Origin: a virus
Reading direction: 5' to 3' (one strand)
IMG/VR virus record: IMGVR_UViG_3300045988_183789
Length of the DNA stretch: 64,000 bases
Shown: piece after piece, positions 1-9,798 of the stretch
Numbering within the stretch: position 1 is the first letter of the stretch
How the letters are laid out: every line of letters starts with the position of its first letter
Made by a program: the position numbers and the translations under genes
Notes under the pieces: generated by a model
Seen by the model: only the letters and a program-made list of their open reading frames with translations
Databases searched by the model: none
Told to the model about the DNA's origin: nothing

Positions 1-1344
1 GCTGAAAGCTCTGTCGGAGCAAGTGATGCGTCGGTGGCAGATGATGAACCTGAAACGGCTTACCCCGCCGATGAGGTCCCGGCACAGAATTCTACAAGTC
101 CGACCACACATAGCACTGCTGAGGAATCTGACTCTTCCAACACCACAGAGGCATACGAGCCTGGCAGCTCCTCTCCGATGAGCGAAACCTCCAGTAATGA
201 TTCTGGTTACGAGCCTACGGGTAGAGAAGCCACTGATAGCTTTGAGTCTGAGGATGCCGCTGGTGACGGCCTGGCTGCAACGAACCCGTCCAACGATTCC
301 AATGTGGCCGCATCTTCCAGTGACAGCGATAACGATGCCGATGATGAACCTGATTCCGCATATACACATCACAGTTCTTCTGACTATGATGACGGCGATA
401 GCGAGACGGTTCACGACAGTGATAGTGGAGCAAACAAACACTCCGATAGCGCATCCAATGGCGATGATGCTGATGACGTAGATACTGGCACTTACGAAGC
501 AGAGGATTCTCCGATTGCAGACGGTGCTGGATTCTACGGAGAAGGTACAGGCAATTCGTTTAAGGAAGACGAAATCAAGGCCGCTACGGATGACAGTATG
601 TCTTCTGCTGCGGAACCAGAAGCACAGAGCATCCACGCTGACGTTTCTGACACCACCTCTGGTGCAGTCGTGGAAACGACTACTGTACCTGATGCAAAAC
701 AAACCGGTGACGCAATGCTTGGTCAAGCTCAGGTAGATACCACGGTACAGCAGAGCAATGAGCAGGCCGAGGAAGTATCAATTCCGCCCGTTCCTCAAGG
801 TATTGTACTTTCCAATACCAGCGTCAACAAGCTCAGCGATACCAATGGTACGATTCGCTCTGCATCCGCAGGCGTATTCCAGCTGACGCGTGAGGGACTT
901 GACGAAGATACAGGTAAAACGGTATGGCGTGCAACGCTGAAACAGGATGCTGAAGGCAATCCCGTGACAGATTACAGTGCCAACACGTTCACCTTTGAGC
1001 GTACCGCTAAGTGGAACGCACAGACGAGAAGCTATCAGCCTGAGGGCTTCGATTCTGTCGCAAAAGAAGTTCGAGAAGCAGTAGATTTCCGCGACATCAG
1101 CCAAAGCGCAAATCAGAGCCGTGGCTCTCGCCGTTCGGATAAACCTCAGAATCCGCCGGAACACGAACGCTTCAAGCGTGAAAGGAATCCGAGAGCGTAC
1201 ACGGATGACGCACGACTGACTGAAGGACGTCGTACAACCTCGACAAGCCGTGGCGGAAAACACCGCGCACAGCGCAAAAGCGATACGGCAAAGAAACGTG
1301 ATAATCCGCTGAAGAATATGGATGGCTTCAAAACCAAAAGATAA
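1..1344 (+). CDS. Acidic low-complexity protein, 5' partial. Ser/Asp/Glu-rich, followed by a basic Arg/Lys-rich C-terminal tail
   Basis: The reading frame is open from position 1, so the listed GTG at 34 is probably internal. Composition is extremely biased (S, D, E, T), and the last ~80 aa are basic. No recognisable catalytic motif. Confidence 0.45.
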   Translation, partial: AESSVGASDASVADDEPETAYPADEVPAQNSTSPTTHSTAEESDSSNTTEAYEPGSSSPMSETSSNDSGYEPTGREATDSFESEDAAGDGLAATNPSNDSNVAASSSDSDNDADDEPDSAYTHHSSSDYDDGDSETVHDSDSGANKHSDSASNGDDADDVDTGTYEAEDSPIADGAGFYGEGTGNSFKEDEIKAATDDSMSSAAEPEAQSIHADVSDTTSGAVVETTTVPDAKQTGDAMLGQAQVDTTVQQSNEQAEEVSIPPVPQGIVLSNTSVNKLSDTNGTIRSASAGVFQLTREGLDEDTGKTVWRATLKQDAEGNPVTDYSANTFTFERTAKWNAQTRSYQPEGFDSVAKEVREAVDFRDISQSANQSRGSRRSDKPQNPPEHERFKRERNPRAYTDDARLTEGRRTTSTSRGGKHRAQRKSDTAKKRDNPLKNMDGFKTKR

Positions 1345-1487
1345 GGGATAGCTCCCTTCTGGCAATCAGTAATGGTTGCCAGTGTCTTGCAATGGTCACC
1401 ACCTCCACGTTGGTGCAAGACGGTAATGTACTGAAAGGCAGTATAGCTGAGAGTGACTCTGAAATATGTTCGCAAGGGAGTGATGTG

Positions 1488-3275
1488 ATGGCAGGATTTG
1501 GAAGCGGTAATAGCACTGACAACTTGGGCAATGAAGCTGTAAATGATGCAAAAAAAGCAATGAGTGCGGCTTCCACAGGATACAAGGCGTATCAACAAGG
1601 CAAGAAAGATGCCAAAGCAGTTGCAAAAGCTGCTGGACAGCTTGCCTCTGGTAATGTTGCCGGAGCTGCGAAGACTGCTATTGAAAACCCGATGACAGCC
1701 TTGAAGGTCTTGCTTGTTGGCATCGTCATTTTGTCGATTCCGCTTATGGCTATCGTCGGATGTGCAGTTTTTGTTCTGGCATTGCCTGGTAATATTGCAG
1801 AGGCCACGCAGTCGGCTATCGGGCAGTCTGTTGACAGTGTCGTTCTGGGCTGGGAAGACTATAAGGCACGTTTGAGCAATTCAATTGATGACTTCTTGAC
1901 GCTTATCACCACTGGTAAAAGCGGCACGAAGATGGAAGCCTACAAGGATGACTTGGCGATTGCAAACGACGATGTCTTTACCGGTTACATTGGCACATCA
2001 AATGTGATTGTTGCTGTTCTAAATAACTATTTCAGAGACGAGTATGAGGCTTTTGACGCTAAGGCTCGTGTGGCTGCAAATAACCGTTTGGAGCAACTGC
2101 AACAGCGAGCAACAAATGAAGGTATTGCGTCAAGCGATGTAACGTACAGTGTTGACCCTGAAATCTACGAAGGCAAAAACTACCTGAACTGGACATTCTA
2201 CATCATTGCCGGTGACAGCTATACCGCAAGAAACGAAGAAGGCATTCACTTCCGTGTAAAGGAAATGATTGATGCCGCCAAAGGATTGGAAAAGTCCAAT
2301 CTTTGGAAAGTCACGCTGAAATCCACTTATACGACAGAAAAGAAAACTAGAATGGTCACTCGCAGTGGTACTCGCGATAAGGAAGTCCCTGTTACCGATG
2401 AAAACGGAAATCAGTTATATGATGCCAAGGGAAATCCTCGTACTACAATCATCAAAGAGCCATATTCAGAAACAGTACCCGAAGAGTATACGGCAGCGAA
2501 CATCACGGTATCGTACAAGTATTCGCCTAAAGAAGGTGCCAAGCAGTACATTCTTGACCGCTTTGGAATTACTAACGACAAGTCCGATGACAATGATATT
2601 TCGGATGAAGAGCTGTTTGACGAACAGGTTGCTCAGCTGCGTGAACTTTATCATGCTCGTGAAGCCGAATTCGATTACAACTCCGATTTGGTAATTGATG
2701 AAAACTATCCTGAAAACGGTGCAACCGGAACGGTCGTGACCAGTCCTGCAATCCGCACACTGATTCAACAGTTCTACGCGACCCATTCCGCAGATTCGTT
2801 GTTCGTTGCACCTTCTCCGGTTGGCGGTCCTTGGTCCGGCTGGAAATCCCGCGTCAACTCTCCTCTTGGTCAGATTCGCAATGGTGTTGCCCATAACGGC
2901 ACCGACATTCTGGTTCCGTCAGTACAATACTCTTTGATTGCACCATCCCAAGGCATTATCGTTGGCATTCAAGATGGTTATGCAAATGGTGCCCTTCAAA
3001 CGAGCGGTCAAGCTTCTCGTGGCAATTTCGTGTTTGTCTACTATGGCGAACAGGGAAGTGTCGGAGGACAAAAAGGTGTATTTGTTTTGTATCAACATCT
3101 GACGCCTGGTATCACATGGCACGTCGGAGATACAATCCCAGCTGGTGCAGTTATCGGACGGACCGGATGGAGTGGCTACTGTGTTAGTTCTCATGGCGGT
3201 ACTGGCGAGCATCTGCATCTTGAACAGTATATTGGCTTTGAGCAAGTAGACCCGGAATCTTATCTCGGCAATTAA
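1488..3275 (+). CDS. Membrane-anchored M23-family metallopeptidase, likely the cell-wall hydrolase of the conjugation apparatus
   Basis: RBS AAGGGAG lies 7 nt upstream of ATG 1488. A hydrophobic membrane-spanning stretch is present (LLVGIVILSIPLMAIVGCAVFVLALP). The C-terminus carries M23 signatures HNGTDI (HxxxD) and GEHLHLE (HxH). Confidence 0.7.
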   Translation: MAGFGSGNSTDNLGNEAVNDAKKAMSAASTGYKAYQQGKKDAKAVAKAAGQLASGNVAGAAKTAIENPMTALKVLLVGIVILSIPLMAIVGCAVFVLALPGNIAEATQSAIGQSVDSVVLGWEDYKARLSNSIDDFLTLITTGKSGTKMEAYKDDLAIANDDVFTGYIGTSNVIVAVLNNYFRDEYEAFDAKARVAANNRLEQLQQRATNEGIASSDVTYSVDPEIYEGKNYLNWTFYIIAGDSYTARNEEGIHFRVKEMIDAAKGLEKSNLWKVTLKSTYTTEKKTRMVTRSGTRDKEVPVTDENGNQLYDAKGNPRTTIIKEPYSETVPEEYTAANITVSYKYSPKEGAKQYILDRFGITNDKSDDNDISDEELFDEQVAQLRELYHAREAEFDYNSDLVIDENYPENGATGTVVTSPAIRTLIQQFYATHSADSLFVAPSPVGGPWSGWKSRVNSPLGQIRNGVAHNGTDILVPSVQYSLIAPSQGIIVGIQDGYANGALQTSGQASRGNFVFVYYGEQGSVGGQKGVFVLYQHLTPGITWHVGDTIPAGAVIGRTGWSGYCVSSHGGTGEHLHLEQYIGFEQVDPESYLGN

Positions 3276-3291
3276 ACTGCAACGAAAGGAG

Positions 3292-3318
3292 CCCCACTCG
3301 CATCGAGTGGGGATTTTT
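3292..3318 (+). terminator. Rho-independent terminator
   Basis: Hairpin CCCCACTCG-CAT-CGAGTGGGG followed by ATTTTT, directly after the peptidase stop codon. Confidence 0.6.
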
Positions 3319-3323
3319 AGTGT

Positions 3324-4661
3324 ATGAAATGTTTCTTGAAAAGGGCACTCGCGGTAGGGCTTACAGCAGCAACGCTGTGTACAAGCCTTGCGGGATGTAG
3401 AAAGAAAGATGATGGTAGCGTGTCGGATACTACGCCTATCCCGACACCGGCCATTGAGAGTACCCCTGAACCGTCGGCAAATCCGAACATTTATGGCGAC
3501 GTTGACACATCAGGTGGCAACAAAATCCAAAATGGAAAGCTGGTTCTTACGAAAATTGAACCTGCCGAGCCGAACAACTGCGCATCGAACGGCTATATGG
3601 AAGAAAAGAACCTGGATGGTACTTACCGCTATCAGGTTAAGGCGGAAACCGTTGCCGCCAAGAACCTTGTTCCGTATACGGATGCAAACGGAGCGGGTCT
3701 GAAAATCTTCTCTGGTCATACAGTCTATGTGCGTAAGACAGGCTTAGGCGTTGGTGAGATGCCTGAAACTACGGCAGATGACTCCTCCAGTACAGAAGAA
3801 ATTATCACCGATACTACGACATCAACCGATACAAGTTCCGGCTACATCGACGAAAACGGCAACTATGTTGAAGATGCCACTGATAGTAATAGAGCAACCA
3901 CTTCGTCTACGCTTTCTGATACGGACCAGAAGTGCATTGTTTCCGGCGAGGAAGTATTTGACCTTGACAACTACAGCGACGAAATCCAGTATCCTTCTGA
4001 TTTCTCGCAGCTTCGCAAAGAGGGAACATGCGAGCGCCTTTACGTTTACCATTCGAAAGAGGAGTACGAACAGGCTCTCAAAAACCGTAAAAACGGTCAG
4101 GCTATCTTGACAGGTGAAATGGATGCGCCAATCAAGAGCGTCATTTTGAACGGTTCTCTCATTCCGAAGCTCAATTACACCATCAACAGCGACGGCCGCC
4201 TGTGTGTTTCTCTTCGTGCGCTGGCAGAAGCATACGATTCAAACACAGAATATGACGATGTAGAGCATCTGCTCATTGTGCCAATCACCTACGGGGAGCG
4301 CATCTATATCCCAGTCAAAGGCATTCTCCATAACGCCAGTGAGTATTACCAGATTGACAATACAAACAACACCTTTGTGTTTACCAGCAAAAAACCGCCT
4401 GAGATTTGGACTGATACGTTCTCGCTCGCTACCACCAGTGATGTTGTGATGCCTGTCGAAGACATTGCCCGTATCCTTGGCTGGGATTTCTGGTATGGCG
4501 ACAATGTCCTGAGCGTAGTTACTGATTCTCTCGACGACACGAAAGAAGAAAACATTCTGCTTCAGGAGCAGGATGTCGAAGAAATCGAAATTGATTTGAA
4601 CGATTTACCTGATGTCGATAGTACGGAATCTGATTCAGAAAGTGAGGTGAGCGCATCGTGA
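3324..4661 (+). CDS. Secreted lipoprotein of unknown function
   Basis: Signal peptide with lipobox (LTAATLCTSLAGC). Thr/Ser/Asp-rich linker, acidic C-terminus. Confidence 0.6.
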   Translation: MKCFLKRALAVGLTAATLCTSLAGCRKKDDGSVSDTTPIPTPAIESTPEPSANPNIYGDVDTSGGNKIQNGKLVLTKIEPAEPNNCASNGYMEEKNLDGTYRYQVKAETVAAKNLVPYTDANGAGLKIFSGHTVYVRKTGLGVGEMPETTADDSSSTEEIITDTTTSTDTSSGYIDENGNYVEDATDSNRATTSSTLSDTDQKCIVSGEEVFDLDNYSDEIQYPSDFSQLRKEGTCERLYVYHSKEEYEQALKNRKNGQAILTGEMDAPIKSVILNGSLIPKLNYTINSDGRLCVSLRALAEAYDSNTEYDDVEHLLIVPITYGERIYIPVKGILHNASEYYQIDNTNNTFVFTSKKPPEIWTDTFSLATTSDVVMPVEDIARILGWDFWYGDNVLSVVTDSLDDTKEENILLQEQDVEEIEIDLNDLPDVDSTESDSESEVSAS

Positions 4662-6829
4662 CCAAATGGAACGAACTGAAGGTGAAGTTTTCTCTTCTTT
4701 CTAAAGAGGAGAAACTGGTCATCTTGTTCTGCTGCTCGTTTGTTGTTTCTCTTATCCCGGCGGGATTCATTGCGGCGGTATTTGCCGGAGAATGGGATGC
4801 GGGATTTTTCCGTAAACTGGTGCTTAGCATCACAACAGGCTATGGCATTATTTCGACTCTGATTTTCGCCGCTGCTATTACGGTTGTTATCGTACTGCTT
4901 TCTCGAAAAAACACAGACCTTAATTCTGCCAAAGAAGTCGATGACCGTGGCATGATTACCTCCAATGCTGGTACTTACGGAACAGCAGAGTGGATGTCAG
5001 AGGACGAAGCCAAAAAGGTTTATGAGGTTGGCCCTGTTGAAGATGTGACGGGTACAATTCTTGGTCAGTTTACGACCGATGGCGAAGAAGTCATTGCTTT
5101 GCCGTATGAACCGACTGGCAACCGCAACCTTATCCTTATCGGACCTCCGGGCTCTGGCAAATCTTTTGGCTATGTTCGTACTGCTGTATTCCAGTCTATC
5201 GTTCGTGGTGAGTCGGTAGTCGTTACAGACCCCAAAGGCGAAATCCACAATGATATGCGCAAATTGCTCGAAGCAAACGGCTATAAGGTAAAGGTATTCA
5301 ACCTCATCAACCTTGACCTTTCCAATGCCTGGGACTGCGTACAGGAAATCTATGACCCCATTACGGGCAACATTGATGACCAGCGTGTCATTGCGTTCTG
5401 TAAAACCGTTATCGCCAATACAGGCGGTGGCGCGAACAGCAAGGGCGACCCGTTCTGGGAGAGTTCGGAAGAAAACCTGTTCCGCGTCGCGGTTTCCTAC
5501 TGCGCCTATATGCGCGAGACAACTCTTATCAAAATCTATGAGCGCCGCACCAAAGAACTTCTCACGCAGCTGCCGTTCATTTCGGAAGAAGATGGCAAGG
5601 CACTTGTCGAAGCTGTTACAAATCCCGAATCTGCGATGGTGGACCGTCGCCGTGTTGTCGAGTACCTTGCTAAGAATCTCTATGGCGAGGAAGAGGGAGA
5701 GAAGAAGCTGCTGGCTTGGGAGGAAGATGCACCGACCAGCAACATTTCCGACATCTACAACGCTCTGATGCACAACGACCTGAACTCCTGGGAAGAGAAC
5801 TTCAAGAGCGTGCCCATGAACCACCCGGCCGCATCCGCCTGGGCCGTATTCAAAGGCATGGGCGAGCGTGTACAGCCTAACATTGTCGGTGGTCTGAATA
5901 CCCGCTTGCAGCTGTTTATGACCTTTAAGGTTCGTCGTGTTATCAGTAACGATGACATCCGCCTGGCAGACATTGGTGCTGAAAAGACCGCATTGTTCCT
6001 GATTATCTCGGACGATAACGCATCCATGCAGCTGCTTTCGTCTCTGCTTCTGAGCTTCCTGTTTAAGGACCTGAAGGAAGCGTTCGATGCAGTGGGCGGA
6101 GATGGTCGTATCCCTGTAAACGTCATTGCGGACGAGCTGGCAAATACAGGCGTCTGGCCCAACTTTGAGAAGACGATTGCTACCGCTCGTTCTCGTAAGA
6201 TTGCGGTCTCTCTTATCTTGCAGAGCTTGCCGCAGTTGACGCAGTTGTATGGCGAGGAAAACGCCGAAACCATCATTGGCTGCTGCAACACCATGCTGGT
6301 GCTTGGTTGCAACGATAAGTACACGGCCGAGTACATCTCCGACAAGAGCGGCATCGTTACGATTCGTGCCAAGAGCGTGAGCGATTCCAGAGCAAACTCC
6401 GTTGGTTATCGTGGCGCTATGCAGGGGTATTCTCTCAGCGAAGGTGATGGTAAACGCAACCTGATGAACCCTGATGAAGTTCAGCACCTTGGTAAAGAAG
6501 AAATTCTGATTATGACCAATGGTCAGAACCTGCTGAAAGCTAAGCGCTTTGGCTTTATCCATCATCCGCTGTTCTCCGACCCGCACTTTGTTCCGACTCG
6601 CTGGTCTGAACTGCCCAAGACAGTTGACCTTTATCCTGACGCTCGTAAGCATGATGCTCTGGAGTCACTGGTAGGCGACATCCAGCGTCAGAAAGAAGTC
6701 AACACCGAAATTGCGCAGAGACGTTCGGAAGAGCGTATGAATCCTCGTATGAGAAAGAGCGACCTTATCGGGAATGATAAAGTTCCTTCCAAGAAGAACG
6801 CTTTCGCAGATAAGTCCAAAAAGAAATAA
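4658..6829 (+). CDS. Type IV secretion coupling protein (VirD4/TraG family ATPase)
   Basis: N-terminal transmembrane segments. Walker A LILIGPPGSGKS and a hydrophobic-D Walker B. About 720 aa, typical size and domain order for a T4CP. GTG start overlaps the upstream stop. Confidence 0.85.
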   Translation: MTKWNELKVKFSLLSKEEKLVILFCCSFVVSLIPAGFIAAVFAGEWDAGFFRKLVLSITTGYGIISTLIFAAAITVVIVLLSRKNTDLNSAKEVDDRGMITSNAGTYGTAEWMSEDEAKKVYEVGPVEDVTGTILGQFTTDGEEVIALPYEPTGNRNLILIGPPGSGKSFGYVRTAVFQSIVRGESVVVTDPKGEIHNDMRKLLEANGYKVKVFNLINLDLSNAWDCVQEIYDPITGNIDDQRVIAFCKTVIANTGGGANSKGDPFWESSEENLFRVAVSYCAYMRETTLIKIYERRTKELLTQLPFISEEDGKALVEAVTNPESAMVDRRRVVEYLAKNLYGEEEGEKKLLAWEEDAPTSNISDIYNALMHNDLNSWEENFKSVPMNHPAASAWAVFKGMGERVQPNIVGGLNTRLQLFMTFKVRRVISNDDIRLADIGAEKTALFLIISDDNASMQLLSSLLLSFLFKDLKEAFDAVGGDGRIPVNVIADELANTGVWPNFEKTIATARSRKIAVSLILQSLPQLTQLYGEENAETIIGCCNTMLVLGCNDKYTAEYISDKSGIVTIRAKSVSDSRANSVGYRGAMQGYSLSEGDGKRNLMNPDEVQHLGKEEILIMTNGQNLLKAKRFGFIHHPLFSDPHFVPTRWSELPKTVDLYPDARKHDALESLVGDIQRQKEVNTEIAQRRSEERMNPRMRKSDLIGNDKVPSKKNAFADKSKKK

Positions 6830-6841
6830 GTATTAACTCTA

Positions 6842-6875
6842 ATCCCGGTCTTGTGATAGGCCGGGATTTTTCTTT
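6842..6875 (+). terminator. Rho-independent terminator after the coupling-protein gene
   Basis: ATCCCGG ... CCGGGAT stem followed by TTTTT. Confidence 0.6.
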
Positions 6876-6911
6876 TCCCCGATTCAGCAATGAGTCGGGA
6901 ACTACGCACAT

Positions 6912-6975
6912 CGACAGCCTCCGCGCGGCGCGTAGTGGTTAGTGCCCGTATCCTGCTATCGGGCAGCGAATGTCG
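6912..6975 (+). other. Structured-element family copy 1 (AGACAGCCTCC-core element)
   Basis: Core CGACAGCCTCCGCGCGGCG is closed by the CGACA ... TGTCG helix. Compare copies at 32972, 35504, 62632, 62962, 63630 and 63899. Confidence 0.45.
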
Positions 6976-7011
6976 ATAACATACTACATCCCTACAAAGG
7001 AGACCAATACC

Positions 7012-8172
7012 ATGAACGAGAACGAAATGCTGAACCCCACCACCGTCGAGACCGACGAGGTGACCACCCCTATTGCCCCTGCGGAGGAGGCTATGGAAAA
7101 CGCTCAGAGCGTTGCTCCTGCCGCCGAGCCTGCTGAGGAAAAAGACCCTGTCGAGGCCGTTCCCGCCCCGGCTGACGACGTAGAGGACGAGGACGATGTC
7201 CCTGAAGCTCCCCGTGCTTCTCGCCGCTTCAATGACGACGATTTGCAGATTGGTGCCTTCGTTGACGATGGCAACGATATGCTGAAAGTCGATATGCCTG
7301 AAGACCGCCGCGCCCGTGACCTCGCAGAGATGCGCCGCTGTGTGGCTGACAACAAGCGCAGCCCCCGCCGCTTCCTGCAGGGCAAGGTTTTCGGTGTCCG
7401 TCCTGTCGGTAACGGCAGCGCGGTCGTTGAAGTTACCCGTGGTACGCTGCGCGTGATGATTCAGGCCGAAGACTTCTTCCATTTCTCTCAGATGAAGGGC
7501 ATCGAGAACGATGATGAAGCCACTCGTCAGCGCCGTTTCCTGCGCAAAGCCAAATTGATGAACGGCGCTATCATCAACTTCTGCCCCTATCTGGAAGCCG
7601 AGTCTGAGGACGGCGAGGTTGTCTTCGCAGGCTCCCGCCAGGACGCTATGCAGCTCCAGCGCAATCGTCACTTCTTCGGCCGCAACGCCGATGTCAAGGA
7701 AGGCACCCGCGCCGCAGCATCTATCCTGTCTACCGGTCCCGACTACGTCATTGCTGAGGCCCTGGGCGTAGAGACCAGCATCGGTGCTGCTGCTCTGTCT
7801 GCCTATGAGTACATTGACAACGTGGCCGACAAGTTCCATGTTGGCGAAGGCATTCCTGTGGTCATCGAAGACCTGAACGTAGATGCCGAGAATGGCACTG
7901 TGAGCCTGCGCATGAACCGCGCCATCCTGGAGCGTCGTGCAAATCCCGCCATGAACATCCACAGCCTGGCGCGTGGTGGTGCTTATGGCGCAACTGTCAC
8001 GTCTGTCAATGAGCGCTTCTACCGCCTCATCGTGGATGTCGGCAACATCCAGGCCCGCGTTGCCTTGACTTCTTCTGACGAGTTGTTGACTCGTGGCGAC
8101 CGTGTTACGCTGCTGGTCTACGGCTACGACGATAAGCGCAACTACGTCTGGGGCGCTTGCCACAAGGTCTAA
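7012..8172 (+). CDS. Hypothetical protein, acidic N-terminal region
   Basis: RBS AAGGAG lies 9 nt upstream of ATG 7012. About 386 aa. No recognised motif. Confidence 0.5.
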   Translation: MNENEMLNPTTVETDEVTTPIAPAEEAMENAQSVAPAAEPAEEKDPVEAVPAPADDVEDEDDVPEAPRASRRFNDDDLQIGAFVDDGNDMLKVDMPEDRRARDLAEMRRCVADNKRSPRRFLQGKVFGVRPVGNGSAVVEVTRGTLRVMIQAEDFFHFSQMKGIENDDEATRQRRFLRKAKLMNGAIINFCPYLEAESEDGEVVFAGSRQDAMQLQRNRHFFGRNADVKEGTRAAASILSTGPDYVIAEALGVETSIGAAALSAYEYIDNVADKFHVGEGIPVVIEDLNVDAENGTVSLRMNRAILERRANPAMNIHSLARGGAYGATVTSVNERFYRLIVDVGNIQARVALTSSDELLTRGDRVTLLVYGYDDKRNYVWGACHKV

Positions 8173-8311
8173 TCCATGCCGACTGTCTGCTGCTTTCCCG
8201 GTGGACAGCCGGTTGCCATGCAAGATACCTGCCTTCTCGTGGCGCATGGTGAGCAACTGCATAACCGCAGGCCGATGGTATCAGAATACAGATTTTATGT
8301 GATTGGGGTGA

Positions 8312-8659
8312 ATGTTTGTGTGTCAAAATCACGGCGTTCGTTCGGGACTGTTCTTTTCGCAGCTTGAAAGCAGAGACGTGTTCGTTTCCTGTACTGTACG
8401 AAACAATGCGGTGGAGCTGACTGTCTCTGCTTTTCTCGAATTGAATGATGTGGATATGTCTGTCATTGAAACGTCATGCAGGGAGAACAAAGCCTTTGTG
8501 TCATTGGATGTAAGTGGAAATGGCGTTGTTGCAAGCGTAAAAGAATCTGCGCTGCTTTTGTCTGAGTTGGATAAAAACAAAGAGCTTGCTGTAAGTCTCT
8601 TCCGCCAGTGCTGCACTGTGATGCTTGCAATCATCCCGGAAGGGGAGGGCAACCAGTAA
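8312..8659 (+). CDS. Hypothetical small protein
   Basis: 115-aa ORF in the same operon. ATG follows GGGGTG. Confidence 0.4.
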   Translation: MFVCQNHGVRSGLFFSQLESRDVFVSCTVRNNAVELTVSAFLELNDVDMSVIETSCRENKAFVSLDVSGNGVVASVKESALLLSELDKNKELAVSLFRQCCTVMLAIIPEGEGNQ

Positions 8660-9789
8660 TGAACAAAGAAGAAAAGCAGCCAAATGTTTACATGATTCCG
8701 AAGAACTCGTTTGATACCGGTTACGTTTTTGGTGGTGCGTTCAAAACCAAGAACTTCTTCGAAGGCGTAGTTGTAGCGATTCCGTTCCTTGGAATCTTTA
8801 TTTACGGGTGGACACAACTCGGCTGGGATGTGGAGTCTACCGTAGCCTATGCCGCAATCGTGTGTGCCGGAGTATTCGTAGCGGTATCGCACGGCGTAGG
8901 TGATGACAGCTTCTTTGAGTTCTTGGCTCATGTAATTCATTTCCGCAAAAGTCGTAGAATTTCCAAGTACAATCCGCGTATTAAAACAGAGCTCGAGCCC
9001 GACTACCTACTGAAAGAAAGCGGTATGCTCCCGAAGGAAAAACTGAAAGAAGCATGGGAGAACTTCAAGAAGAAGGTCCTTGGCGGAAGTGATGGGCCAA
9101 TTAGCGCAGACATTACTGCTGATGATTTGCAGATTTACTACGATGACGATGAGGACTTCGTAGAAAAGCCTGATGAACTCAAAACGAAAGCAGAACTCAA
9201 AGCAGAAGCAAAGCAACGCGCAAAGGAAGAAAAGGCATATATCAATTCTTTGCCGCGCAACCAGCGCCGTGCTGCGCGTGCCGCCTTGAAACAAAAGCAT
9301 AAGGAAGAGGCCGAAGCCAAGAAACGTCAAGAAGAAGAACACGAGAAGATGGTGCAGGAGCGTATCAAGCGTCGTATTGAAAAGGCAGAACGTGTTAAGG
9401 CCGCCCAGTATCGTGCTAAGTTGGTCGCTATGCAGCAGATGCAGCAACAGACTGACCCCAACTATACCGCCACTCAATCCGAAGAACAGACGATGGATGT
9501 TGTGCTGGATGAAGTTGAAGCTGTTACCGAGACTCCTGATTTGAGTCTTGACGATGTGACGCTGCTGGATGACATGGCCTCCGCCGAGCCTGAAGAAATT
9601 GACGTCAGCTTTGATGAGGAAGCAACAGCTCACAATGGTCCGTTCGTACCGCGCATTATTACGAATGAGCGCATGAAGAACCAGGTCGGGCCAGTTGTTC
9701 GCCCTCTGAAAGCCAAGCCTCAAATCTATAACAGCCACAATGGAGACTTCTCCGCAGATTCGTTTTCTATCTTTGACGACGAGGAGTAA
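8659..9789 (+). CDS. Membrane protein with a long K/E-rich coiled-coil tail. Possibly the VirB3/PrgI-like T4SS component that precedes VirB4
   Basis: Strong RBS GGGGAGGG. Two TM helices near the N-terminus, then a ~250-aa charged coiled-coil region. Sits immediately upstream of the VirB4-like gene. Confidence 0.4.
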   Translation: MNKEEKQPNVYMIPKNSFDTGYVFGGAFKTKNFFEGVVVAIPFLGIFIYGWTQLGWDVESTVAYAAIVCAGVFVAVSHGVGDDSFFEFLAHVIHFRKSRRISKYNPRIKTELEPDYLLKESGMLPKEKLKEAWENFKKKVLGGSDGPISADITADDLQIYYDDDEDFVEKPDELKTKAELKAEAKQRAKEEKAYINSLPRNQRRAARAALKQKHKEEAEAKKRQEEEHEKMVQERIKRRIEKAERVKAAQYRAKLVAMQQMQQQTDPNYTATQSEEQTMDVVLDEVEAVTETPDLSLDDVTLLDDMASAEPEEIDVSFDEEATAHNGPFVPRIITNERMKNQVGPVVRPLKAKPQIYNSHNGDFSADSFSIFDDEE

Positions 9790-9798
9790 CAAAGCGAT

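Noticed and set aside
4997-6652. 551-aa minus-strand ORF antisense to the VirD4/TraG gene
   Set aside because: It fully overlaps a + strand gene with clear Walker motifs and RBS, has no RBS of its own, and is a typical antisense artefact of biased codon composition.
6912-6975. Identification of the structured element as a known ribozyme or riboswitch (hammerhead, twister, pistol, c-di-GMP-II, T-box)
   Set aside because: None of the invariant nucleotides of those classes that I can recall (CUGAUGA ... GAAA, twister AAGC ... GCC, the T-box AGGGUGGNACCGCG) are present. It is left as unclassified.
6688-8262. 524-aa minus-strand ORF
   Set aside because: It overlaps the 3' end of the coupling-protein gene, the terminator, the structured element and the + strand gene at 7012-8172. 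Its composition is Gly/Ala/Arg-rich and artefact-like.
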